Positions 26,207-37,424 of a stretch of 64,000 bases of DNA are shown in pieces. The stretch covers positions 32,240,001 to 32,304,000 of the forward strand of contig CM060732.1 of assembly GCA_030704615.1 (NCBI GenBank), in the 5' to 3' direction. The number at the start of each line of letters is the position of its first letter. Positions within the stretch are counted from its first letter, which is position 1. A program made the position numbers and the translations under genes. Below the pieces are notes generated by a model, which was given only the letters and a program-made list of their open reading frames with translations, did not search any database and had not been told where the DNA came from. Source of the DNA: Takakia lepidozioides. Lineage: Eukaryota > Plantae > Bryophyta.

Positions 26207-26985
26207 ACTCCGGCCGAAGCCGGCGTAACTAAGAGCCACTTTTGCCTTGCGGCTACTGCCCCTTTTCAGGGATTTTTGTCCATAGGAACTCTAAAAATTC
26301 ATGTCGCGTGTGCGGACATATAGCTAGCTCGACTGCGTACCCGTTTTCAAGAATATCGACCTGTTGTATATCTCAATGAGAGTGAGTTGAGTGAGTTGCA
26401 ATCATTTAACTCCTTCCCTTCCTTGGCACTAAATCTGCAAATGCTTAAGTCTAGGTCCATGCATCATAGTTTGGCAGAGAAGTTGTTACATACCGCAAAT
26501 AAATTGTTTCAATAATTATATAGTTGGCCATTTTGCTATCATTTCAAATAAGGGCTAACGATCTTAACCAGGCTTAAGTTAAAGGACGAGCTAACTTTTT
26601 TCACTTTTGCGAAAAAACAGTATATACCTTGACTAAACTAGCTACATCTTCCTATCGCCATCGATCCAATTGGATGAATCTTACAAGCTCATCCCTACTG
26701 ACGGCATGAACACCATAACAAAATGTGGGCAGGTTTGACTGTTGCAAAAGGAGATCATTACCGAAAACAAATGACAAAAATTGGAACCCAATGAAATGAC
26801 ATGACAAAAAAATGGTTTGACCATGGAAATTTTTCAATATCCATATTTCTCTTGGGTGAATGGCCTCGTCTAGGGCGTCGCTTGTCCATCCCATTTTATT
26901 AGAAAAATACAAAATAAAAAAGCGACCTAGAGGGAGTTCTGGGTGTTGTTGGGCTATGTTGGTGGTTTTGTTTTTTATTTCAAAG

Positions 26986-27086
26986 CTATCAAGACCGGCT
27001 ATAGGGATAAAGGGAGGCCGGTGAAACTGGAGTGCAACTACTTCAAAACCAAATTGACCAACCAAGAGGACGTCTACCACTACGAT
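26986..27086 (+). pseudogene. Isolated Argonaute N-domain exon fragment
   Basis: GYRDKGRPVKLECNYFKTKLTNQEDVYHYD|GT resembles the eukaryotic AGO N-terminal motif RPGxGxxGxxxxLxxNxF...xYHYDV. AG acceptor at 26984-26985 and GT after YHYD; no further AGO exons found nearby on this strand. Confidence 0.7.
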
Positions 27087-27177
27087 GTACAACAATCTGA
27101 AACATTATTCGTTGACATCCCAAGGAAGCGTGCCTATATATTTATATACGCCTCCCAAAGGGAGTGTAATTATGATG

Positions 27178-27425
27178 TCTCTTCACCACAAGGGCTACAA
27201 GTTGAAAGGTAGACACCTTCATGACACACCATACCGTGGTTTGAACCCACAACCACATCCAACGTGGTATGTGCCCATTACCAGTGGGCTACATGCTGGT
27301 ATCTCTTGACCCAAGGGGCTACAGCCTTTCTGGTGGACACCTTTGTGACACCAATTAGTGGATTGAACCCACAACCACTTTCAAGGTGGTAAATCCCATT
27401 ACAATTGGGCTACAACTTGGTGGTC
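27178..27425 (-). mobile_element. Two tandem ~122-bp units of a tRNA-like (A/B box) repeat, family B
   Basis: Minus strand TAGCCCACTGG ... GGTTGTGGGTTCAAACC and TAGCCCAATTG ... GGTTGTGGGTTCAATCC. A third copy lies at 39413-39545. Confidence 0.65.
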
Positions 27426-28257
27426 AAGATAAGGTATATACTAGGGCTTCGCGTTGCTCCGCACTACTAGCGACGAATTCTGAGAACTATGTTCAATTGG
27501 CACAAAAAGGGGTGGGTCATTCCATGGTCTTACGTTTCTATACGTCACATCTCTGTATTTCATTGTTTGATGCAGCTACCTCTATCTATGCCCAAGAAGT
27601 GAGGGGGAGTGGAACCCCTTTCCTGTGTTTTCATATTTTTCTGTATTTTTCCTCTGTATTTCATTTCAAGATTCATTTGACCGGTGTGGTGTAATGATTG
27701 TGGCTCATTTTGATACAACAAGCAGAATTATGATCTGATTTGGATTATGAATGTTGTTTATAAATATGATATCATTTTCACCTTTATTTGCAATTGGTGT
27801 AGATTCAAATCGTTTATTTTGTCTGCCTCTCCGCATTAACATATATTTTTCCATATTATTTGAAGATTCTTAACAAAAATAGTTGTCTACATAAACTCAG
27901 TGACCAATATTATTGTTTTGAACAAAATGTGTCTTGGTAAAAAGTACTGATGCAGATATGCGTATTTCTCTTCGAAATTGAAGGTGGTTTGTTCTGTGAG
28001 CTTTCATGAATATGTTCAAAAGAGACCCACCTTCTTTCTTTCTTCATTCGTTAGTAGCCACAATGCGATCCGTGTCTTCAGGTTGCCACTGAGTTTAAAT
28101 TACAGTCTAGTGCCGAGGGTGGGTAAACCCTTGAGGTCATCAATGATGGCCTCTCCCATGTCACAGACTGGAAACAAGTTCAGGGAGGTCAGGCTCAGCC
28201 TGATGAGAATACCCCCGGACATTGTACCAGAAAATGGATATTGTCTTCAGGCCACCC

Positions 28258-31200
28258 TCACATTGGGCATTGACAATCTCCCTTTCCTCTCTGCATCTTT
28301 TTGAGAGAGAGAGTTAGCACATAACAAGTAGCTATATAAACTATTATTGTTGTACAAGGAAGAACAAGCTCATGTGAAATGTGATGGGACATACAGCTTG
28401 TTGTTAGGCGCTGGTAAAATGCAGAGAGAACATTCTGCTGCTCAGATGGATCCCACCTGCCAGCTGCAGCAATATAGATGTTTGATAACAATTGTAAATT
28501 CAGTGGAGGAGGAGGTGTCAATACAAAGCGTGTGTCAGGCACATACCCCACCTCCATCTGCCCAGACAATCTTCTCAGGTCAGCATGGATTTCCTTAATT
28601 CTGGGATGCAACTTGTCATCTACAACAAAGGTGTGCACCCTGTTGCCAACCTCAATGCAGAAGCGACCTGGCTCCTTTCTAACCCATGTGACCTTCATCA
28701 TTTTTCTCACCTTTGCAGTATCATCCCACCTGCCAGCTGCAGCATAGATGTTTGATAGCAACACTTAAGTCGCGGCATCCTGTTCATCCCATTTGAGGAT
28801 AGATGTTGCCACACGTTCAACCATCTCCACATTGCCATGGATTCTGCAGGCACCAAGCAAGGCCTTCCACACCACAACATCTGGATTGATTGGCATTTTA
28901 TTAATCAGGTCCACTGCCTCATCCAGTTGTCCCACGTCCAAGAAGGTCCACCATGCAGCCAAAGTGCTTTACTGTCGGAGTAACACCATGATCTTGACTC
29001 AGGGAATCAAAGTAGCATCTTCCTTCATTCAGTAGGCCAGTGTGGCTGCATGCAGAGAGAACACATATAAAGGTGATACTGTCCGGCTTCAAGCCGTTCT
29101 TTTACATTCCTTCAAATAGTTGCAGGACCTCCCTATAACAACCATGCTGTGGGCATATCCTGCGATCATCGCATTCCACGACACCACATTTCGTTCAGTC
29201 ACATTGTCAAATACTCCTTTTGCATCCTCAATGCACCCCTTCCCCCATCATTTGCTCATAGGTCTCCAAGTCCTCCATCCCACGCCCCTGCTGTGCCTAT
29301 CTTGCAAGCATGGCGTTCCATGACACCACATCTCGCTCAGCCATATTGTTGAACACTCCCTCCGCATCCTCAATGCTCCCACATTTGGCATACATGTCCA
29401 CGAGGGTATTGTCCAGAATCACATCCAGCTTTGGCGATGCAACCATGCACGTCTTTGCCTTTTTCCAGGGCTGTCAGGCTTGCACATGCATTGCAAATGC
29501 AAACAAACGTTATGTGGCACATCAATTGCTCATAGGTCTCCAAAGCCTCCATCCCACGCCCCTGCTGTGCATATCCTGCAATCATCGCACTCCACGACAC
29601 AACATTTTGTTCAGGCCATACTGTCGAACACTCCCTTTGCATCCTCGATGCACTCACATTTGACATACATGTCCAGCAGGGCAGTGTTCAGGACATCTGG
29701 TACAAATCCTGCTTTGACGATGTCACCATGGACCTCTCTGCCAGGCTTGCACACGCATTGCAAATGCAAACAAACGTTATGCGGCACATCAATTGCTCAT
29801 AGGTCTCCAAAGCCTCCATCCCGCCCCTTGCTGTGCATATCCTGCAATCATCGCACTCCACGACACCACATCTCGTCCAGCCATACTGTCTAACACTCCC
29901 TCCACATCCTCGATGCACCCAGGTTTGGCATACATGTCCATGATCAGGGTATTGTTCAGAATCACATCTGGTACACTTCCAGCTTTGGAAATGCAACCAT
30001 GCACCTCTTTGCCCTTTTCCAGGGCTGCCAGGCTTGCACACGCACTGCAAACGCACACAAACGTGATGTGATCGGGCTTCACCCCTTCCCCCATCATTTG
30101 CTCATAGGTCTCCAAAGCCTCCATCCCACACCCCTGCTGGGCATACCCTGCAAGCATCGCACTCCACGACACCACATTTCGTTCAGCCATATTGTTGAAC
30201 ACTCCCTTTGCATCCTCAATGCTCCCACATTTGGCATACATGTCCACCAGGGCAGTGTTCCGGAAGACATTTGGTACAATTGCAGCGTTGAAGATGCCAC
30301 CATGGACCTCTTTGCCCTTTTCCAGGGCTGCCAGGCTCGCACAAGCATTGCAAACGCACACAAACGTGATGTGGTTGGGCTTCCCCCCTTCCCCCATCAT
30401 TTGCTCATAGGTCTCCAAAGTCTCCATCCTGCGCCCCTGCTGTGCATATCCTGCAAGCATGGTGTTCCATGACACCAGATCTCGTTCAAACATACTGTTG
30501 AACACTCCCTTCGCATCGTCGATGCTCCCCACATTTGGCATACATGTCCACCAGGGCATTGTTCAGAATGACATCGGGTACAATTCCAGATTTGACAATG
30601 TCACCATGGACCTCTTTGCCCTTTTCCAGAGCTGCCAGGCTTGCACACGCATTGCAAATGCACACAAACGTGATGTGGTTGGGCTTCACCCCTTCGCATA
30701 TCATTCGCTCATAGGTCTCCAAAGCCTCCATCCCGCGCCCTTGCTGTGCATATCCTGCAATCATCGCACTCCATGACACCACATCTCGTTCAGCCATAGT
30801 GTCGAACACTACCTTTGCATCCTCGATGCACCCACATTTTGCATACATGTCCACCGGGTATTGTTCAAAATGGCATTTGGTACAATTCCAGCTCTGACGA
30901 TGTCGCCATGGACCTCTTTGCCCTTTTCCAGAGCTGCCAGGGTTGTGTTCAGAATCACATCTGGTACACTTCCAGCTTTGGAAATGCAACCATGCACCTC
31001 TTTGCCCTTTTCAGGGCTGCCAGGCTTGCACACGCACTGCAAACGCACACAAACGTGATGTGGTCGGGCTTCACCCCTTCCCCCATCATTTGCTCATAGG
31101 TCTCCAAAGCCTCCATACCACGTCCCTGCTGTGCATACCCTGCAAGCATCGCGTTCCATGACACCACATCTCGTTCAGCCATAGTGTTGAAAAGTCCCTT

Positions 31201-31819
31201 TGCATCCTCAATGCACCCACATTTGGCATACGTGTCCACCAGGGCAGTGTTCAGAATGACATCTGGTACAATTCCAGCTTTGACGATATCACCATGGACC
31301 TCTTTCCCCTTTTCCAGGGCTCCCAGGCTTGCACACGCATTCCAAACACAAACAAACGTGATGTGGTTGGGCTTCACAGGATCAAAGATCGTTGAGGCAT
31401 TCTGTTGAACACTTGGTGAGCATCCATGATGCTCCCACACTTAACATACATGTTGACAAGGGTGTTGAGGAGAAAACATTTGGCGTGAATCCACTTTGGA
31501 TAATGCGAGTGTGCACCTGCTTTCCAGCTTCCAGGCCTTTCATCTTGATGCACTTATGCAAGAGACAGACATACATATCTGAATCTGCTGAAATGCCTCC
31601 TTGGTTTAAAGTCTGTAGAGCCTCTTTCAGTCTGCCTGCCTCGCAAAGCAGCTTCACATGCCCAGAAGTGCCAGAAGAGGCATTGTGGATTCCCTCTCTT
31701 GATCCTCTTCCAGAAGCTGTGGTCATGGTTGAGGTGCCTGATTTTATCAACTGTGCTGCTGCAGCTGCTCCTTTAGTTGACCATCTACCCATGCAAGTTT
31801 CTTGTACCAATTGATCCAT
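28258..31819 (-). pseudogene. PLS-class pentatricopeptide repeat gene with E-domain region; frameshifted, DYW domain absent
   Basis: Repeated P/L/S motifs (VVSWSAMIAGYAQQGRGMEALETYEQM, HITFVCVCNACASLAALEKGKEVH, NTALVDMYAKCGSIEDAKGVF). E region: VWKALLGACRIHGNVE, AT*VLLSNIYAAAGRW, KEPGRFCIEVGNRVHTF, GYVPDTRFVL. Many frameshifts; TAA at 28765-28767. Confidence 0.92.
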
Positions 31820-32146
31820 AGGGAATCATAAGTAATCTTGTGCTTGAAATCTGGCCCTCTTGGATGAATCTGGACCTACTCTCTATCCCTGCTCCTTCAG
31901 CTATCTCTGCCTCTGCACAAATCATGCACACATCTTTGCCTTGCTGCTAGCAGCTGACAATGGCAGCCTAGATTTGTCCCAGCAAACACCCTAACCCTAC
32001 TTATCACACTAGTTCCTATGCTGACTTGCGCTTCCAACATGCATTCATCTTTTTGCACCAACGAGCTAACTTGCAGAATTCAACCTGAAAATTTAGGGAT
32101 GACTCTGATACCAGGGAAAACAGGCTGAAATGTGTTGAAGAAGGTG

Positions 32147-32240
32147 CTCATAGGTCTCCAAAGCCTCCATCCCGCGCCCTTGCTGTGCATATCCTGCAAT
32201 CATCACACTCCACGACACCACATCTCGTTCAGCCATACCG
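32147..32240 (-). pseudogene. Stray single PPR-motif fragment upstream of the PPR pseudogene
   Basis: MAERDVVSWSVMIAGYAQQGRGMEALETYE, near-identical to motifs inside 29300-31200. Confidence 0.8.
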
Positions 32241-35200
32241 TGGCTTGCTCCCAGGAAGCAGTGACACAGCTGCAACTAGATCAAGCTTGAGTCAGCTGCA
32301 ATTATGTACTGTTATACGAATTTGAGATAGAAGATGGAGACTGGAGCCAAATGGAAGGGAGCCTCTTTCAATCTGTACACAGTCAGTCCAAAGCTTGAGG
32401 CAAAGCTTACCTCAGTTGAAAGTGCCATTTCTGATAGTAAGTGCGGTAATTCTCCATGAGAGCTACTTGCTCTCTTTCATGACTGTAAGAGTGTGTCCAT
32501 TGAAACCAGACAGTCGAAATGCAAGGTTGGGGCATCATCGTCACTTTCATCAGGGTAAGGTGACCCAAACCTGTGCCACAAGGCTGGTTTGGACATTGCC
32601 TGCAACACCACCACAAACAGATGCCATGGTTATTTGCAAGAGAGAGCATCCACACTATGGAGTCAGATCAAACTCTGAGATAGCCTCACAACCGTAGTCA
32701 CCACAGGATACTAACCTCAAAGGGCTGGTCAAGGTATGTCAGAAGAAAAAAATTGAGTGTCAATTTAAGAGCTGTCAAAATAGTATAAAAGGAAGCAGAC
32801 TTCTTCCACCGTTCTCTAGCCCTAGCTTGCAAAAGTTGTGACATGCCATTGTGATACGCTGAGTACACCGAGTACGCTGCAAAAACAGGTACTGTGCAAT
32901 GGAAAATGTTCAGAGTGCTGCCTCTGGGTTGATCTGAGACTAAAAAATGACCGTCTTCAGCAGTGACCATTATGGGCTACTCAAGAGAGAAGTTGCCAAA
33001 GAACCTTTGAACTTGGATTCTGCTAGGGTGTAAGAACAGACCCTTTCTATATATGGAATGAGAGGAACGATATGGAGCCCCGATTGCTGCGACGAACCCA
33101 GTTCAGAGACCCACAACTGCACGCAAAAAGTTTGATGTGCATACCTTCCTTCGCTGTCCATGGAGGCTGGGGAGGCGTCAAAGCCATCACTCGCAATCGC
33201 CAAGCTTGCTATCCAATGCAGCTCCACAGCCTTGACCGGTTGTATGCTACTTGATGCGAAGCTGCCCGCCCGTTCACCGGAAGAAGACAGGGCCTTGGGT
33301 ATATAATCTCTCTGCACGCTGCTATCCATGTGGAAAGCAGAGAAGCCGGGAGCACGGGTGCACACAAACCCTTCAACATTCCTGTATATGTACCTACATC
33401 CATTCGAACTTCCTCTAACCAGGTGATCCTCTAAACCCCACAAAAGGACCTAATTTGAATGGCATCTTGAAGGCGCCATAGCCACCATATGAAACTCTGC
33501 GCAACTCATGTTCATCGTCTGTCTCACTGCATCATACCCTAAACCCTAAAACACAGATGGTGGCACAGACAGGAGACAAACAAAACGCTATTCAATGTAC
33601 ATCCAACGTGCCCACGCAACCCTATAAGCAACTTTTTGTAATCTTTTAACTCTTTGTCTTAAGTTCAATTGGTCCCTTCACACGCACTGCCACGTGTCGT
33701 TATATTGTGGTCAACGTGCACACTCATATGAGGTATCCTGGGTATAGGAAAAACCAATTCCTCTACTAGTGAAATTTGTAGTTGTTTTGCTTACTGATAT
33801 TTACCAACCTACAACCATTTCACAGGTTTCATGCCATTCTAGTCAAAATACAGTCAACAGTTGCACTGGTATTTTTTGAGAATAATATATGATTTTAATT
33901 ATATTATTGTCAATTACACATGTCATTTTCTAGATGAATGTGTCAGTACTAGATACCACACAGTCCAACACTTCACCACAGTAGTGAAATGTGTAACTAT
34001 TACATATTGATGTTACTGTCTTAGCAGCAATTCTTCACTATGTATTGGAAATAATAGTGAATTTGTCAATAGTGAAAATGACAGTGAAACGTCGATGGTT
34101 GAAAATCCCATGGGGTGTTGTAGTGGATGGGTATAGAGACAAACTGCGAAATCTGAGGAGAGAAGTCGATAACCCAGAACAGTAAAAGCAATAACGAATC
34201 CTACTGTGGCTTGATTTCTCTTTCCCAAATGGCGCACCGCCTTGTGGAGGGGTTCTGTGCGCTAAAAGTAACATTGAAGCCGACTTCCAGGCAGGGCTGT
34301 CGCCGCGGCTAACTATGAGGTCCACCCACACTAAGGGTTGGTGCACCTCTAGCTGTATTGGGCCTTGCCATAACTTTGCATAGCACTCTCACCCATAAAC
34401 CGACCCACAACTTGCTCAAGAACCCCACTAGTCAAATTTCAATAGTCAAGCAAAAGGCAAGGGCTCAGCTCCAATTGGGTTGTAAGAATCTTATCAGCGT
34501 GAGATTTTGTCATTCATGTTTTGTCAGGGCCTACAAATGTAGCCTGAAAATGGTCCGAAACTCTCACCGAATCAGCGCCGGCTTAGGAACGCCACTGAGT
34601 CAGGGAAGGCTTCCACTATGCACATCACATTCCTTTTCCATCATCATCATTTGCTGGGCTCTATAAAGGACTTTGAGAAACTCTTCAAAGACATAAGAAG
34701 CTGAAAAAACTTATGCAAGTTTGGATAGAAGATGATAAATTGCATCCTCTACTCATGAGTAGACAAACAAGCATGATTGGGAAGGAAAGGGTGACCATTG
34801 ATGGGGATGGAAATGGGTCAAAAACCTGGGGACAAACAAATGCAGTGTGCAATCTTCCATAAGTTGAGCTGCTGAGGTATACTAATTTTTTTTAGCATAG
34901 TGAAGGCCCAAGTTTAGTGGGAAGCATCCCAGATGTGAGTGGAGGTGTGGAGTGTGGACCTGCCATGATAGAAAGAGAATCAAGAGCAGACTGACATGAT
35001 GAATCCAGCAAGGAGGTGCCACATTTTTGGTTCGTGAAACTCGAATTGAAAGCTTGAAATAGACATCCAATAAGTTGCCTTTGCGCTTTATTGATAATGT
35101 TTCTAGAAATGTCATGTGACGATCAATGACAGTCACCATAACGGAGATTGACGCCATTTGCACTGAATATGGCAAACGTACTGCCATCAATCTTCATCAT

Positions 35201-35270
35201 AGCTCTTGAAAATTATCAGCTAAACTGTAAGGTGCACAACAGTTGCCTAGGACCATGTACAATGGAGTCC

Positions 35271-37424
35271 TTAGATCAACCTCAACAACAAGCCTTCCAT
35301 TGTTAATCCAGGCCCAAAACCCAGAGCGACCGTCCATGGGTGTACCTTGCCCGAGCTCTTGTCCTGCCGGAACTTATCCAGCACAAACATGATAGTGGGC
35401 GAGCTCATGTTTGCATACTGGTCAAGTATGTACCTGCAGCATTTTTACAACACACCATCCCAACAAGTTCTAACTCAGTGAAGCTGCTTTGAAATGAGAC
35501 CGTGTGGACTGCTGTGATCTATCGCAGTTTAAAGTACAACAAAGCCCTGTGCATTATAGGTCATCTTATAGGTGCGCCAATGTCGTGCAATAAGATGAAG
35601 GTGTGCACTCTACAGACTCGATTAATCTCCAAAGAATCTTTACCTCAGGCGAACTTGCAATCTTGTGTTCACTCTTAGTTTATGACGCACTTGAGCAGGT
35701 AGCATTGGTTGTTTGTGGGCACCTTGCCTATGCATAACCTAGGTGATCATGGTTCAAAGTGTCCACCAGCTTCTACCGAAGGTAGTAATTATTCTTTAGG
35801 ATGAAGAGACACTATAATTTAGGCTCCCTTGGGGGAGGAGTTCTCTTTCTTTCTTAGTTTATGCCCTTCATATGTTAGCTATCACCCTTGTGCCATAGCA
35901 TGACGTAGTACTACATTTAATGTTGCTAACGATAGGGAGGCCATGGATTTGAAGTTCAGAAGAGACCTGGATACTTGGAGCTGATGAGGTGCAAGACGAC
36001 AACCTTTCTCAACTGCATCCACAATCGCTTTACCTCCCGGATGTACTGCCCAGTTGATGGACTGGAAGTCGAGGTCGGTCCCCTTTAGAAGATCTGTCAC
36101 AAAATCCCCGGCTCGACTACCCACCAGCTGGGGAACATTTTTATTGAGGGTGGCATTTAGACCTGACTGAGTGACGCGGGCAGTGATACACTCATCTGTT
36201 TCCGGTATATATGAAGTACTAGATCGATGGATCTCATATATAGGAGTCTCAGACGTTGTGGGCTGTGCTCCAACCACAATCCCAGCAGCCCCGTCAGAAA
36301 ACAGTATTGCGACGACTATGTTGTTCATGTGGCTGATTGCGACGGGGTCCAGTGGTTGAGCCTGACACGAGTTTATCTCCACACAAACAACAAGGACGCG
36401 ATTGTTGGGGTCGCCAAGGGCAATCTCAGCTGCTGTGCGAATACCAATAAGGCCCGCATGGCAACCCATAAAGGAGACCCAGAAGTGCTTGACACTCTGT
36501 TGAAGGCCAAGGTATTTTATGAGGCGCATGTCGATAGCTGGGGATAGCATGCCAGTTGTCGAATACGTGATTAAATGAGTGATCTTTGACTTGTCCCCTC
36601 CCCAGTCATTGATTGCTCTTATTGCTGCCAGCTTCGCAATTTTCATGGCTTCAATCTCAAACCGAGCAAACCGATCGTCCAATGAGGGCGCCCCATAAGT
36701 GTGGAGGTTGGGGCTTGAAGTATACTTCTCACTTGAGACTGCCATATGCTTCTTTGTAATTCCAGAGCTTTTGCCTACAAACATACGAAAGCTCTGTTTA
36801 GCAATAACAAGTCTACTTGCCTGCATCACTCTATCTGTGCATAACATTGTAAGTACTAGTCTAACTGAGTTTCACAGGAAGTATGAAGCTTGTTCAATAA
36901 CCTGTTTGTTATATGATAAAAGTGCAAGAACACATGGACATGAAATTGCTTGCAAGTGAGCTAGCTACTGATCAAGGAATTTCATCTAGGGTAAAAAAAT
37001 TTGATCAATATATCTTGTTTGGCGAATCAGTAGCCTGAGCCGATGAACTAATTTTATTCATGCCCAATTTTGATAAAATAGTGCATCAATAATGAGCTTG
37101 CAATGTTTACTCACAGAGACGCTCAGTAAATTGTCGGACCTCAGGGAGGTTTTCATATTTGAAGCCCTTGATGATGTCAGTTGCAAACTCATTCATTTGA
37201 TTGATGGACTCTGGATTGGCTGTCCCAATGCCCAAGATGCTAGCCTGGGGGAAGGTCTGCTCTGTTGTTGCCACATTTGGGGTTCTACGTTCTGAAGCAG
37301 ACATACTCTCTGTGGTTCTACTGTCAGAGGGCTTCCAGTCGTTGTTTATGGGCACATCAGCAGCTAGTGGCGCATGTGATCCGTTTGTGGTTTCGAAACT
37401 TGAGCACCCATTGGAGATTGCCAT
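35271..37424 (-). CDS. ORS: Type III polyketide synthase, ORS-like (2'-oxoalkylresorcinol synthase type). Exons: 37424-37115, 36774-35967, 35433-35271
   Basis: [11 protein letters not shown]; catalytic triad in FMGCHAG, WAVHPGG and YANMSS; LFSDGAAG; GFGPGLTME. First intron splits the Cys codon as in plant CHS-family genes. Gln at the CHS Thr197-equivalent (EINSCQ) and Ala at the Phe265-equivalent (GLNAT). The type III PKS call is firm; the ORS orthology is inferred. Confidence 0.85.

Noticed and set aside
27436-27478. Helitron-like 3' end (GCAACGC...CTAGT on the minus strand)
   Set aside because: The hairpin pairs poorly, no 5' TC end was identified, and the orientation would exclude the AGO fragment.
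25523-28767. Rescue of the in-frame TAA codons in the F-box and PPR genes by U-to-C RNA editing
   Set aside because: Such editing is known from plant organelles, not nuclear mRNAs, and the PPR also has frameshifts.
29100-31400. Regular repeats as a CRISPR-like or satellite array; plus-strand ORFs in the same region
   Set aside because: Fully explained by PPR motif repetition on the minus strand; the plus-strand ORFs are antisense shadows.
32400-33545. 157-aa minus-strand ORF and transit-peptide-like fragments
   Set aside because: In-frame stops upstream, no recognisable domain, and no consistent exon chain.
34320-34352. Short hairpin followed by CTAG, a possible Helitron end
   Set aside because: Weak stem, not followed by T, and no other support.
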